64,000 nucleotides of DNA, taken from Eledone cirrhosa (lineage: Eukaryota). This document shows, in pieces, positions 13,773 through 28,800 of this stretch. The notes beneath the pieces were generated by a model that saw nothing but the letters and a program-made list of their open reading frames with translations, ran no database searches and was not told where the DNA came from. Every line of letters begins with the position of its first letter. Position 1 is the stretch's first letter. The DNA is taken from NCBI GenBank assembly GCA_964016885.1, contig OZ024743.1:122884001-122948000 (forward strand), written 5' to 3'. The position numbers and the translations under genes were made by a program.

Positions 13773-14529
13773 ATTCCTCTATATATCTTTCTTCTTTCCG
13801 CTCTATCACCGTCTCTCCTTCTGTGGAAGAAATCGGCTAGAGAGGGATGAGCTCCACTAGGTTTAAGAGGCATATGTCACTACATCGCACCTACGACTCC
13901 ATACATACATTCTGTTTAAAGCACCACAACTTGCTGTTACTGCTGCTGTTGTTTTATAAACTTAAAATTTATGTCAGCCAACATCATTGAAGTACTTTCA
14001 AGCATTTACTGCAAAATACTGTTCTCCTCTGGATGTTATCTTCAAGTGACGAACTTCCTCCTCACGAACTTAGTTAGCTCTCTTTATGATTCATACATAG
14101 GTCATACGTCCCTTATTGATTTATATGTCTAATCAATTATTTGACAAGCGCCTTAAGAGAATTATTCATGAATTTAGATGCATGCTTTCAAAAGAGAAAT
14201 ACTTAATATTTTGAAAGAGCATCTGTTTGAAATTATAAACTTTTATGCACAATCCGAGGATTATGTACGTTCCACTTAAAGAATCGTGTGAACCGAACAA
14301 AAAATTAGTAAATGAAATTGCGCGGGTTCTTCAAAGACAAGAATCCAGACTTTCCTCATATGTTCGTTTGAAACATATTCGAAAATCAATGAAGTTAGCA
14401 AAGCTGCAAATTTATCTGCCACGAAAACTTAAGTACCATCTTGAAGATATATTGCATTATTGAGGATGGCACTATGCATTTATGTGCACGTAAATATTTG
14501 CTCACACATACACATATATACATATGAAT

Positions 14530-14619
<90 letters not shown>

Positions 14620-15044
14620 AAACATTCATACACATATGCATACATACATGTATGAGTGAGAAATGTATGTTGAGACAAATGTGGGAAGATAGTGGCAAAT
14701 TGCTTACATATATGAACAAATTCGTGAAGGAAAATGGGATAGTAAGAAAGATCCGAAGTCTATATTCATTCAAACATAAATAGGGCAAGCATGCAGTTTT
14801 ATTTTCTAATGTTCAACTAATGCAGTGAGTGCGAAGAATATAGAAAGTGTCATGGCATATATTGAGTGTAAGGATTGGTTGTAAGAAGTTGCATTTGAGA
14901 GTGACAGACAGTATTTAAATGGACTTAAATGTTAAAAGAATTGAGTGAACGTGATCAGAAAGACAAATTATATCAGAGAGAAAATGTGAGGCATACAGAT
15001 CTAGACAGAGATAGACTGGCACATATATATATATATATATATAC

Positions 15045-15120
15045 AGAGAGAGAGAGAGAGGGAGGGAGAGAGAGAGCAAGAGAAAGGGCAAGAGAGAGAG
15101 AGAGAGAGCAAGAGAAAGGG

Positions 15121-15205
<85 letters not shown>
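15045..15205. repeat. (GA)n microsatellite
   Basis: Directly visible. Confidence 0.95.
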
Positions 15206-15206
<1 letters not shown>

Positions 15207-16149
15207 AATGTTAACCAAACGTCTTTACTCTTAAACTCCATTTAGAATGAGAGATAACCTATTGAGAATGAGAAGAACAGAGGGAAAAGAGTATGTTTAC
15301 ATTGCGATAGAAGGATAAAGAAGGCTGAGAATGAAATAAAGGTAAGCATACGGGAATGAATGGTTAGGAGTAATATAAATGAATAGAAAAGCAGAAACAG
15401 ACGAGAGAAAGAAATATAGAGAGTAGATGAAAATGGAGGAGGATTAAAAAGAAGGAAAAGTTCGGTTATAATGGATGTAGAGATAAATAAAAGTAAGTGG
15501 GAGAGGGAGAGAAGAACAGAGAGACTCGGAGAGAAGGGAAAAAGAAGAAACGAGAGAAGGAAACGAGAAGAGAGTATATGTTAAACCAAGAAAAAGATGG
15601 AGACAAGTAGATGTTATAAAGGAAGATTTGCTGAGGTAGATGGTCTGTAACGATGCGGGAAATGGTGGGTGTAGATAAGCGAAAATTTTACAAGGGATAG
15701 ATTAGAAGGTATTCTGCAAGAATAAAGTGGGTGGGCGGGAAATAGAGGATGGTTATGTTGCATGTGAATGAAAGTGTTCGTCGGCAGTGATATATGAATG
15801 GTAGGTGGAGATAGATATAATGCATGAGGAAGGTAGGGAATGATAAAGAGTAAAGAAAGGAAAGCGAGAAAGAGAAATAACTGCAAATGAATGGAAGAGA
15901 ACGAAAGAGGAAAACACGGTGTTCGATATTTAGTGAAACAGAAAATGTTATATGGAAGTAAAGTAAAGAGGGGTGGTAGAGAAAGAGTTAAATTGCAAAT
16001 AAAGAATAGAGACAGAGAGGCGTATTAGCTGTAATTGAAAGAGCAATGGTAAAATATGCGTTTAGCTGAAAACGATTAACGGGAACGACGGTGTTGGGAT
16101 TAACTATAAGAGAATGAGAGAGCGGAAGTTAACTACAAGTGCATGTGTA

Positions 16150-16417
16150 AGAGAGAGGGAGAGAAAGAGAGAGAGAATGAGAGAGAGGCACAGAAGGAGA
16201 GAGGAGAAAGAAGTGAGAGAATGAGTGAGAGGCACAACAGGAGAGAGAAGAAAGGAGAAAGAAGTGAGAGAATGAGTGAGAAGCACAAAAGGAGAGAGGA
16301 GAAAGGAGAAAGAAGTGAGAGAATGATGGATAGAGAAAGAGAGAGGGGGAGAAAGACAAAAATAAAAAGGGAGGGGCTCAGAAGGAGAGATAGAAGGAAA
16401 GAGGATGAGAGAAAGAG

Positions 16418-16460
<43 letters not shown>

Positions 16461-16578
16461 GAGAGTGAGCGAAGAAGAAAGGAAAACATTAGAGAGAGAG
16501 AGAGAGGGGTACAAAGATAGAGATAGAGATGAGAGAGAAGAAAGGAGTAAGAAGTGAGATAAGAGGAAAGAGGATGAG

Positions 16579-16641
<63 letters not shown>

Positions 16642-16680
16642 GATAGATAGATAGAGAGGAGGGAGAGATAGAGAGAGAGG
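16150..16680. repeat. Purine-rich tract with ~51-bp units and (GAAA)n
   Basis: AGGAGAAAGAAGTGAGAGAATGA occurs three times, followed by (GAAA)n runs. Confidence 0.85.
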
Positions 16681-17620
16681 TGAAACAGAAGTGGGTTAGG
16701 GAGTAATTTGTCTTTAGGAAGAGGTGAAAAAAATTGAAATGGGAAAATGTTACAAATAAAGGAACAATCTACTCTCGCTTCACGTGATCTATTTTTTCTT
16801 AAACATCTCACTGTTCTCTTCTTTTCCAGAATCTTCCTACTACTCCTTCATCGCTTTGTTTCTCCGTTGTGGCCTCTTTTTTCTCCCTATCCAAGTTTAC
16901 ATTGAATATTTCTTCTTAAAACTATCTTTAAACTTCCATATCTTGATAGACTTCTTGCCCTACAATTTTACTAAACTTGCATTTGTTATTGTTGCTTCAG
17001 CAGTATGTAGGTGATGTTGGAGGAAGGGGGATTATAGTAAATATTTTTTTGTTGGAGTTATTGGCGTATTACAGTATTTGTAGTCATGTTGCATGAGTTT
17101 TATAAGAGTTCTTTTGTGAATGATAGTGACGGTGGTCTTTGTTGATTTCACTTTGTGCTTTATGTAATGGTTCTGTGTATTGTTGTTATGGTCAATCAAT
17201 GCTTGTAGTTCCGTTGCCTTCACATGTTGTTTTTGTATCTATTCTCCATCACGTTGTCAATAGTAATAAAATTATCAATGTTATTGTAGTTGCTGCCGTG
17301 TGAGGTGAGGGTTAGACTTTGTTGCTGATGTTTACACAATGCAGTTGTTCGTGTTCTTTAGCCTAACGTCTGTTCCTACCATGCAGACCTATGATCAGAA
17401 ACCATACCAGTCATAACCAACACAGTTATTCAGACAATGAATTCCATCAGGATTATTCAATGTGTCCTTCATATATCTAAAGCAGTAAGGAGGGATTTGA
17501 GGGGGATTTAGTTTCTATTTCTAGCAGGTTGAGTAACCAGACAGAGATCCTCTCGTTAGCTCAAGATGTCGTTAGTGGTGGCGACCCTTGTAGTCGTGGT
17601 AGTGACGGTTGTATAATTAT

Positions 17621-17833
17621 GGCAGTGGATTGGCAGCATCGGTGGGGCGTAGGACACCATCCTTTGCCGCATAGAGTTGCGGCATTTTGCGGTCTGAGTT
17701 CAAATCCCACCGAGGTTAGATGCCATTTATCGTTACGGGATCGATAAAGTAAAGCACCAGTAACGCACTGGGGTCAATTTAATCGACTTTCCCTTCTCCC
17801 CAAAATTACTGGCCTTGTGCCTATACTAGAAAT
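17621..17833 (+). mobile_element. SINE, main family, long form
   Basis: A/B boxes, core, internal GGGGTC..TTTAATCGACTTTCCC segment and tail. Confidence 0.85.
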
Positions 17834-19821
17834 CCCATTTATGGCAGTGGTAGCCGTGATGGTATTTGTTATGGTTGGAAATAGTTATTAACTGTAGGTA
17901 GGGCGAAGTTAGCTTTATCATTAGAGTTTTTGTTGATCGCATCAGGAATGAAACATATATTGAAGGCTGAATGAACAGCATCAGTGTTATCATTCCCCCC
18001 CCCCCACATACCTTTAGTATTATTCGAAGTAGTATTCGTAGTAGTGATTATATGTAGTAGTTGTTATTGCTGACTTTGTTGACATTGTAATTTTCATTCA
18101 ATTTTTTTGTCTGTGTCTATTTAACTCCCTCTTCCATCTAACAGCTGTCACCGCCGACATCAACCCCACACACCAACATTCTTTTATTTCAGGATTTTAA
18201 TGAAATTTCCAAAGAAAGCTGAAGTTGTTGAAGCAACCTTGACCTATAAAATCAACATTTTACAAATAGCAGTCATACAATCCCCCCCCACACTCCAATA
18301 TATACACACTCACACATACACACATACACACATACACACACGCATTCGCATACAAAGAAATTTATACGCGCGCACACAATGATACGAACATTGTTTCATA
18401 AATAGTAATTGCATATATTCATATATGATTTATGCACAAATATAAGCAAAAGTGAAAACTTTTGCTTCCATAGCTATCACTTTGCTTCAATACCGATCAC
18501 ATATTTGAAAATGTGTTAACGACAAATGTACATTTATTTATAGATTACTGTAGATATGCATGCGTGCATTTGTATGTTTGCATGTTTTACGCGTATCTTT
18601 ATATGTAGGAGATCATGGCAAGAACTCTAGGGTCAAATTTAAGTAGTGTACTATATTACATACGTTATATAGTTCAAACGTTTAAAAGTGCATAGCTGTA
18701 CAGTTTCTCATGTAAATACATTGGATCAAACATTATATACATATAAATACAGACACTAATGTTCTTTCGTTTACATGGACCACTACCATAACCACAAAAA
18801 AAGCACATGCTGTAAAATACTTTATATTCCAAGAGAATAGGGAAATAATCACATAAAATATAGCCGAAATATATTTACACACATCATTGGCAAACACATA
18901 AACAATAAATATACATTTCTTATACTCGAACGAACACAAACACGGATATACACACACGGATATACACACAGATGCACGCACACACACACACATTCGCGCA
19001 CTCAACCGTATATATATGTCTGTGTGTATGGGGAATTTTGGTACTTATCCTAAATGTAGAGAAACTGGTGAAAGCCTGTATCAGTAATAAAAGAAAGAGT
19101 GGATCCAGGCGTATCCATTGATGTCTATGTTTAAAATTTCAATTACTGTGAGAATAAAAAAAAAAAAAAAAGCTAATATTTCGAGCAACTTGAAGTTGTT
19201 GATTCAGCATAAATCACATTGCAAGACCGAGACCAGTAAAATAATATTTTCGTATTTTAGGCACAAGGCAAATAATTAAGGGGTGAGGAAGAAAGCTGAT
19301 TAAATCGATTTTTAGGACTATTTTTATCGACATCGAATAGCTAAAAAGCAAAGTTGAGCTCAACAAGATTCGCACAGAGAATTGTGGCCGAAAGGTTATA
19401 CTTTGGATTAGTTGATTTTGCTTGGAAATATCTCCCTGCTTATTGATTTTAGATAGATTTTTATCTAATATTTGCAAGGTAAATCTAATGTAATCGTAAG
19501 TAAGTTCTCCATCATACGTATATTTAGTATGCAGAATGCTATCTTGAGATACTTTCCCGCAACCATATTTCTGGTATTTGTAAATAGCAATACTACAACA
19601 TTTGAATTAGGTAATTTTATTCGAGTTATCACCCTTGCTTGTTGATTTAAGAAGCTGAATATCCCTAGACAGTAGTTTTGTCTATTAATATAGCGATAAT
19701 TTCAATTTTTCAGCTCAATATATTAGAGACGTCAGCTCTTACGGCATGTTTATTTAGTACACAATGCGGCTTCATACGGTACATTGCAACACCCACGTCG
19801 TCATTTTTATGTGTGCATGGG

Positions 19822-19901
<80 letters not shown>

Positions 19902-20030
19902 TAGTCTACACCCTTGAGAAGGCTTGATGAACACACGAAACCGCTTTGCTCCCATGATTAGTGGTTTCTCTGGTTTCAGTACCTCAGACTCTCTCGCTCT
20001 CTCTTTATTTCTTTTTCCCCTCTCTCTCCT

Positions 20031-20089
<59 letters not shown>

Positions 20090-20385
20090 ACATACACATA
20101 AACAAGAGTAATAAGTCGAAGATTCAAGCTCAATGTGTTTCTACAATCCATGTTACTCCTAGTAATATCGCTGAAACTATAGAGTAACAAGGCTCATCAT
20201 TTAACTATAATAAAGAATACTTAAATTCTACTACCATAATAAGTACTCATTCCCGTCAACGTCAAACGTATATATAACACTATTACCATGCGAAACATAT
20301 AACACTGTCTATGGAATCACTGATAAACTAGTACCACTGAGTACTCGTATTGGTGTCACCTAGAGTAATTAACAAACACACACAC

Positions 20386-20516
<131 letters not shown>

Positions 20517-22314
20517 CACACACCTATCAACCTACATACATACATACACAAATTTACATCCTGTTATATCGCTATCTTTCTAAGAAAAGGAAGTGTGCTT
20601 ATAATATTCATAAGCTCAATCTTGATGAACGATGATGGCCTGAGTTTTCAGTTCCCTCGGGGTCATTTCATAGCAAGGTGCCTTTGCTATGTTTAAACTA
20701 TTAGTTCTAGTTAAATGAACATTAAGGAAATGGACTTCACTATTCGAGCGTAAAGTTTACTGAATAAAAACAATAGTGTGTAAATGTATTTATGCGTGCT
20801 TGCGTTTTTTTAATATCACAAGGAAACTTAAAGATACACAATGGCGACTCATTTACATATATAGCTCATGAAAGGAATTAGTACGAGTCAATGCATGGCA
20901 TATAGTTACAAATATTTGTATGAATACATGGAAATACTGTTTGAATGTATTAATAAATAAATACATGATTTGAAGCAAGGTGAATGTATTCGTAATTACT
21001 TGACTTATAATTGAAAATCTTCTTGATAAAGTATTTTTGTTCAAGGTATAAACAACCTTTTATCTTAACTGGTCTTGGGTTTCCATTTCTATTAAGGTAA
21101 ATTACTTATGAGAAAAGTATAATGATGGAACTCACTGGAGGGTGATAAATATTATTACAAAAGTATAACAGTCATGTTTATATATTTTCTCTTTGTATGT
21201 TTCTGAATAAGTGTTCTTTAGATTCCACTGAATCAATTATGTGCTCACTGAGTATACCACCTACCTGCCTTATATATGCTGGGATATTCAATAAATATGT
21301 ACATTTATATATGGCAGAAACCTAATTGGATAAATTGCATATACCTAGTCAAGTTTACACTTGAAATGTTTAAAACATGGTTTTCAGGTTTATTAAAACA
21401 TGATGACAATATTTCGTAGTCGGAAATGTCATTTAGGTATGATAATCTAATATAAGGAAAAATACATTTTTCTTCAGCTATTTACGGCAAATGTTATCTA
21501 GCATGGTTTAGTGATGCGTATGAACTTTCAAAGTTGCTATCGATCAACTAGAACATCTAGATACAATCGAAATTATAGAATATTGTGCATTATTCTTACA
21601 ATACAATGAATCGTATCTGAGCCTTTATTTTTAATATATAGATTTTGTTAGTATTGAATGAATCAGTGGGGTAGCTGAACTGGAAATAAAAACCTTTACT
21701 AAGTTTCTATTTTTAGCTGCTGGAAACCTACTAAAAGAAATAAACGGAAATTCACTGGCAAGATGGGATTAAAATCAGGATCATTGTTTAGGTGGCGCCA
21801 AACCAAAAGACAAAAATCAATAATATCTTCAAGAAGACCAAACATTGTGTCAGATATAGGTGTAGTCTTGATTAATTAAAGTTATCGTGTTCCCCATATT
21901 AAGTATGTTAGCGTTTACATTACTATTGTGTAAGATACATTGATTCAAATATCACCTGAAGAGAATATTATATTTTCGTGAAAGAGTGTGAGAAGTGGAT
22001 AAGTTTACAAAACGTCAGGACTATGTAATGAATGCTTTGTATAGAAGGCGAGCTGTAGAAGAAAGTCAGAGTTGTGATTGAATATTAAATGGTTATAATT
22101 TCTGGAGAAAGAATCATTGACAACTTATATTTGAGTCACAATACATCGCCCTTGACCAGAATCAACAAGCACATTCCATAGATAAAACTTTATTGAAGGA
22201 GAAATTATACGATTGGAATTTACTGTTATGTATGTTTCTCTTTCTCTTAATTTCGAGAACATTTTTGACCGACCACCTTCCTGGTGGCAAGGTTGTAAAA
22301 GAAAATAAATGTTC

Positions 22315-22703
22315 ATCCATTGAATCGCAAGAATGTTTTGCAAATTTTGAAGGTACCAGCTATCACAGACATTTGTAGTCAATGAATTAGGGAGCTGCGC
22401 TATTTGTCTACAAATCCAAGTTCAGTTATACTTTGGTCCAAGCGGGTTGGTGTATAACATGTAGCTCCAATATGATGAGTATGAAGCTGAAGGTGTATCT
22501 TGGATACTGGATCTGCAAACTCTTCATCAATGGTCTGTAGATGTCCTCCTTCTCTTGTATTTTTCTTACAATGTTGACATCAAGTGGGCAGCTGATCTCT
22601 ACAACAGAGCACGTTTTCAATGTGTGGTCCCAAACAACAATATCAGGCCGGTTGTGCTTTAATTTGGTGGCAGTTTTTATTTTCAGATCTCACCAGTATT
22701 CTG
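22315..22703 (-). pseudogene. RLE-type non-LTR retrotransposon C-terminal fragment (R4/Dong-related), disrupted
   Basis: Minus strand reads IKTATKLKHNRPDIVVWDHTLKTCSVVEISCPLDVNIVRKIQEKEDIY...IIGAT...KICKTFL, a PD-(D/E)xK RLE pattern with stops and a frameshift. Confidence 0.85.
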
Positions 22704-22768
22704 TATATATGTGTGTATGTATGTATGTATGTATGTATGTATATATGTGTGTATGTATGTATGTATGT

Positions 22769-23183
22769 TCTTCTGGTTTTATAATTTCACAAAGTTTTAC
22801 CAATAGAGAGAGAGAGTCGGTTTCTAACATAGACACAAGACTCTCTCATTGGAATTTACACAACATCAACTAGGTAGATATGTATGTATGCATGCATGTG
22901 TAGATATGGATGTTATTGTATGTGTGGATGTGTATGTTTTGAGTTGTATGTGTGCATGTGTACATGCTTTGTATCTGTACATGTGTATATGCAGTTATTA
23001 AATGCAAAATATTTGGTATGTTTTACATATTTTTACTGTTCCATTAATGGATTGTACTTGTAATTTTCTAACTAGTTGTGTTCTTTCTGTTCCTGTGAAG
23101 CCCAGCTTCTCAAGATGTGTATTGAGGCAGTTACTAACATATCCCAGTGCCCCAATAATCACAAGCATACATCTAAAGGTGTA
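22769..23183 (-). mobile_element. 5'-truncated RLE retrotransposon 3' end plus 3' UTR between (CATA)n tracts
   Basis: VIIGALGYVSNCLNTHLEKLGF...KLQVQSINGTVKICKT, homologous to the neighbouring fragment; (TATG)n on both sides on the + strand. Confidence 0.8.
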
Positions 23184-23196
23184 ATATGTATGTATG

Positions 23197-23230
<34 letters not shown>

Positions 23231-23923
23231 TGTATGTATGTATGTATGTATGTATGTATGTGTGTGTGTATGTATGTATGTATGTATGTATGTGTGTGTA
23301 TGTGTGTATGTAAGTATGTATGTTTGTGTGTATATATGTATGTACGTGTGTATGTATGTACATGTGTATGTATGTACGTACGTATGTATGCATGTATGTA
23401 TGTATAAAAGTATCTATGTATGTACGTATAAATGCACGTATGTATATGTAAGTATCTATGCATGTATGTATGTACGTGCGTACGTACATATGTATCTACT
23501 TACGTATATATGTATGTACGCTAACAATAACTTAATTCTACTTTTCCATACGGATGTTATCTCTTCCTTATTTATTCTTTAATCAACAGACTATTAAATA
23601 ATTCCTATTTTTAACTGGCACAATCCTAACATATTGAGTATAGTTAATGTATTCTATTGACCCCAGAAGGAGGAAAGATAACGTTGATTTTAGCAGAATA
23701 ATAATTCAAAACGTAAAAAACCGGAACCAATAATAATCATTCCATTTTCTCATAATTATATTTCCAAATTTTTAAGTATGAAAATCAAAAGTCCAGCTAG
23801 GTGAGATTTGAACTTAGTACGTAACGGACGGAACTACATAGTGAAAGACAATATGTCAGCAACTCAACTAATTCCGTTTGTCCATCGACCTAACAGAATC
23901 TGTTCCATTATAAATACTCTGAG

Positions 23924-24105
23924 GGTGGTGGAATAGCAGTATCGGCAGCATAGAGTTACGGCCCTTTACGTTCTGAGTTCAAATCTTGCTGAGGTTAGCC
24001 TTGCCTTTCATCCTTACGGAGTCGATAAAAATAATGCAGCAGTAATGCACTGGGGTCGATTTAATCAACTTTCCCCTACCCCTTGTGTCTAAATCTGACA
24101 CCATT
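23924..24105 (+). mobile_element. SINE, main family
   Basis: B box, core and tail motifs. Confidence 0.85.
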
Positions 24106-24962
24106 ATAAATACTTTGTCTCTTCATTACCTTTTTGATTTTAAGTAATTTTGCTATTTTTTCTTGAAATACTTGTGATGCTACTTATACATAATACTTAT
24201 CTTAATGTATTTCAATGTTCTCATAAAACTTATTGCTCCTGCTCTCTCACTCTCTCACTCTCTCACTCAAATTAATTCATCACTATATTAGTTAGTTCTA
24301 GTTTAACTGTAGTGAATGTTCTTTAAGCCTACTCCCTCTCCCAAACTTTATCTAAGTTGGTTAATTTGTAGCAGCTTTAGCAATGAAAGGAAATTAGTAA
24401 CTTGTTTGTGGCATGTGGCATTAAGTTCAAAATACATTGCTTTGTACCGAGTAACATCCATAGTTCATAGCGAGCAATATCATATAGAAGCTATGCTTTG
24501 GTATGCTCTACGAACTTGGAAGTTACAATGGATGTGTAGTTGGAACTCATTTAGAAATTAAGATTACAATTTTCCGGACTATTAACCGCATCTTTAGAGG
24601 TTAAAATATGCTATATTTACATCTACACTGCATTTCGATCCGTTTTATTGCCGATCGTTATCATGTGCACGTGTCCTATTCCTGAATGTACCAGATCAGG
24701 AATGGGAACTTTTATTTCTGAACTAAATATATCTTATCAACTATTACTGACCCGACAAAGTAACCAACACTCGCGTGCCTACAAGCACACGCACACGCGC
24801 ACACACACACACGCACACAAACACTCACACACATACGCACGTACACACACACATACACAGAAATAAGCATTATACAATATATATATATATAAATATATGA
24901 TGGCTGCCCCCTCGTTATCGAGTATGGCCATTGCACGATATACCATTGTTAATAATTATTAA

Positions 24963-25068
24963 AAATCCCACCGAGGTTGACTTTGCCTTTCATCCTTACG
25001 GGGTCGATAAAATAATACCAGTAACGTACTGTGTAATTGCTGGCCTTGTGCCTAAAGTAGAAACAATT
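24963..25068 (+). mobile_element. SINE, main family, 5'-truncated
   Basis: Core and tail motifs. Confidence 0.85.
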
Positions 25069-25083
25069 AATTAATTCTATCGT

Positions 25084-25303
25084 GCAATGCCTGTGCATGA
25101 AGATATTTTTTAAAGTGAGGAAAGACTGTGCACTGAGCCAGTCCAACTCTCTAAGCGACAGGAGCTATAACCAGAAAACAAGAAATGATCCACATCATCG
25201 GTAACTACTGAGCCGCAAGTTTTATATCGGAGTTATCCCAGTTTCCTGAGTTGCCTTCTCCTAGAAGAATGCCCTGACAAAGGCTAGTAGGGGTCATTCA
25301 CTC

Positions 25304-25306
<3 letters not shown>
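25084..25306 (-). mobile_element. Diverged fragment of the 9838-10445 family
   Basis: GCAATGCCTGTGC..GAAG...GCCAGTCC.ACTCTCT...CCTTCTCCTAGAA...GGGGTCAT aligns by eye to 29949-30148. Confidence 0.7.
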
Positions 25307-25367
<61 letters not shown>

Positions 25368-25394
25368 AAATATACATACATACTTATCATATAA

Positions 25395-25436
<42 letters not shown>

Positions 25437-25441
<5 letters not shown>

Positions 25442-25538
25442 GTAGAACACTGGAGGGTAATATCCGTAGTAGTAGAACACCCAGTCCATGGGACTAGTTT
25501 GGTAGAAGTTGTAACACAACAGTTAGTTCACCATACCT
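25437..25538 (-). mobile_element. Penelope-like pseudo-LTR 3' fragment (43-45 kb family) in (TA)n
   Basis: Reverse complement matches 44895-44997. Confidence 0.85.
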
Positions 25539-25558
25539 ATATATATAAACGGGATCTT

Positions 25559-25609
25559 AGTTTCAGAAGATCCCGTTAAGGGTGAAAGCAGTGATTCTTT
25601 GCTTAAACT
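25559..25609 (+). ncRNA. Variant type I hammerhead-like motif with CAGAAGA core
   Basis: AGTTT-CAGAAGA-TCCCgttaaGGGT-GAAA-GCAgtgattcttTGC-TT-AAACT; all three stems pair by eye. Second copy at 58082-58132. Confidence 0.55.
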
Positions 25610-27145
25610 TTAATCTGTTATTTTAATAAATATTTGCTCTACGGTTCTTATATATTTGATATATATTTATCCTTATCGAGCTCTCTTTGGATTTTAGTCT
25701 TCAAATTTATTTTTATTACTATATAAATATATATATATATACAAAATACGATATTAAACAAATGGAAACTATATTTATAAAACCATATTTATTTCATTAT
25801 ACATATTTCGGGGATACCATATTAAAAATATGGCATGCTTTCGTCAGATAAAATACAATATATAAACAGTTTTATAAATAATTTTGACGTACCATAAATA
25901 TGAGCGACCATTATGTAGGAAGCTGGTTTGGTAGTGAAGTGTTTATAAATATTTAGTGTTAAGCACAGTTATAAAGAAAGACGGAGAAAAAGAAGAAATG
26001 TATGTAAAGAAAAACAGAGAGAAATAGAGAGAGATAGGGGAGAGAGAAATAGGGAGGAGGTGAAAAAAGAGAGGCAACCGAAGGCAACAGATGAATAATA
26101 ATAATTCATCATACAAATTGAGAGGTTTAAGAGGGAGTACGGTAATTATTTAGTTATAGTGTTAAGGACAGTTATAGAGGAGACGGAAATAAAGAAAAAA
26201 ATGGAGATGAAGAGAAAACAGAGAGAGAGAGATAGAGGTGGGGGGAAAAGAAAGAGGGAGACAAAATAATAATAATTATATAGGGGGAGGTGAAAATCAA
26301 GAGAGAAATAAGAGAGAAACATGAGAGGCAAAGTCAAAACAACAGATACATAGACTTCATCATATATAAAGAGGGAGGAGAAGAAAGAGCTATATCTAGA
26401 GAGAGGGATGATAGAGTTACATCTTTACGTCATGTCCTATCAATTTGAATTATCAATTCATATGAACTGGGTAATATAATGTAAATATCAATATTCATGA
26501 ATGAGACATAGATATATAATGTGTGAAAATAATTTTGCTCAATAATGACCATATGTTTAGTTTAAAACTCTGAGGTCGATGTACCAAAAACTGAGATAAA
26601 TCTTCAAAAAATTACCCTATTTATAAAAATACGGAGATATATAAGTATATACATACACATGCATATGCACTTTCTGGAAAAGGAAAGAAAAAGAGAAAGA
26701 GAAAGTCATGTCAAGCTCTAGTTGATATTATAGACATACCCATGACTTTACGTGATCAACTCTGTAATTTCTTGTTTTACAAAAAAATTTTTTTTCCTTG
26801 TGTTATAAAAGATTTCACTATATATATATACATAAAAAATAAACGATTAATATTCATGCCCTCACATACATGATTATCGTTCATGTATAGAATCTTATGC
26901 ATATCTGTAACATATACAGAACTATACCCACACATACATATAGATATATATGTATGCACACATACAGGTACATGAATAGATAAAATATACTCTGTAGTCA
27001 CTCCATATGCATATTAATACATATGGCCTTTGTACAGAGACAACCAGATATCAATATATCAGCACAGAAATATCAAAACGTTAAAATATTTTCATCACTC
27101 CCTAGAGTATCTCAGGCCACAAAAACACAGTATACATATTTACAG

Positions 27146-27190
<45 letters not shown>

Positions 27191-27268
27191 CACATATATA
27201 TATAAGTGTGTGTGTGTGTGTGTGCATCTGTGCATGCTTGTTTGTCTGTATATATATACATATTTACA

Positions 27269-27321
<53 letters not shown>

Positions 27322-27322
27322 A

Positions 27323-27362
<40 letters not shown>

Positions 27363-28800
27363 TACATACATAAATGATATTTCATTATTAGTGTTCCTTT
27401 AAGTTCATTTCACGATACAACGACACAAAAATTGTTCAATCGATTGATGACAAAACAAATTTTCACAATAATTGGACGAAGGAGTGATAGCTAAATAATT
27501 GCTTCCGATACTGTAGCAGTCTTGGTTTCATGATATTTTTTGTGATCAGAATGATCAGAACAATAGGGGGAAATAATCTTTAACAAGCAGTAAGTCATTG
27601 TCTATAGTGTCATATTATGTTTCTTAAGAGAAATATAGTTATATTTTCATATGAGATTACATATGGCGGCATCACTGAATCTATTTTACTGGGTTAGTTA
27701 TTCTCTATCTTATCAATTTCGTCCAATCAGTTTTATCCGTATATATTAGAACGTTTTGAATTCATGCAGTTGAGATGATCATGTGTGTGTGTGTATGTGC
27801 GCGCGTGTGTGTGTGTGTGTGTGTGCGTGTTTATGATTCTGTCTATGTAACAATGCACTGATATATGCTATCATATGTTTACAAGTGTATGTTGTGTTAT
27901 TTATGTTAGTGTGAACTGACAGAAGCAATTTGCAATGCTTCCTTTAAAAAAAGAAGTATCTCAGTTTCAGTAAACACTTGAATGATTTACCCGATATCCC
28001 TAACAGCTCTTGCAAACTAAATGACCCGACGTGTCGGCTTACAATAACCATACTCATGTTGATATCTTCAGATGCCTTCTGTACCCGATATGCTGTGTGA
28101 TTTGGCATCCGATAACATACTAAAGCCAATGCATTCATATTTTTAGCTCGCTCATCCTTCCTTTCCTTTTGTCTGTCGGCAAATCTCATAGTGAGATTTA
28201 ATTGATATTCCAACCATTGAATGCTGGCGTTTTGGAAAAAAGGAAGGCCTCATTTTAGAACTAAAAATAAAATTGTATCAGAGATAGATGACAAAAAGAA
28301 CGACATCTAAAGGCTGAAATGTCAGAAGTAGATACACTATAGCATTACTGGGCATGTAACATTAGTTGGAAAAGAAGAGGGGTTAGGTTTGGGTAGTAAA
28401 GGAAATATATCGTGACGGGTAGTGACAACCTGCATATTAGCAAAGGTAGATGTCTTAAGGAAAATAAATGTGTTAAAACTCCGGCAAATATCTATAACTG
28501 TCGAAATACATACGTTATTATGCTGTTCCTAGAACGTTACACCACATTTGTGTTTTCATATATTTTTTGAAATTTTCTTACATATGCATCCTATCTTTAT
28601 TTAAAAAAAATCTATTTCCTTCAAATATTCATAAGATTATGTATATATTTTGGTATCAAAATGATCAGGAGTGTATATTCTCAGTCCTGTGAAACTTTAC
28701 GTAAGGATATTCAAAGAAAACGTATTATATAAACCCATACACATACACATACACGTACACACACATACATATGTTTATACACACACACGCACACACATAT

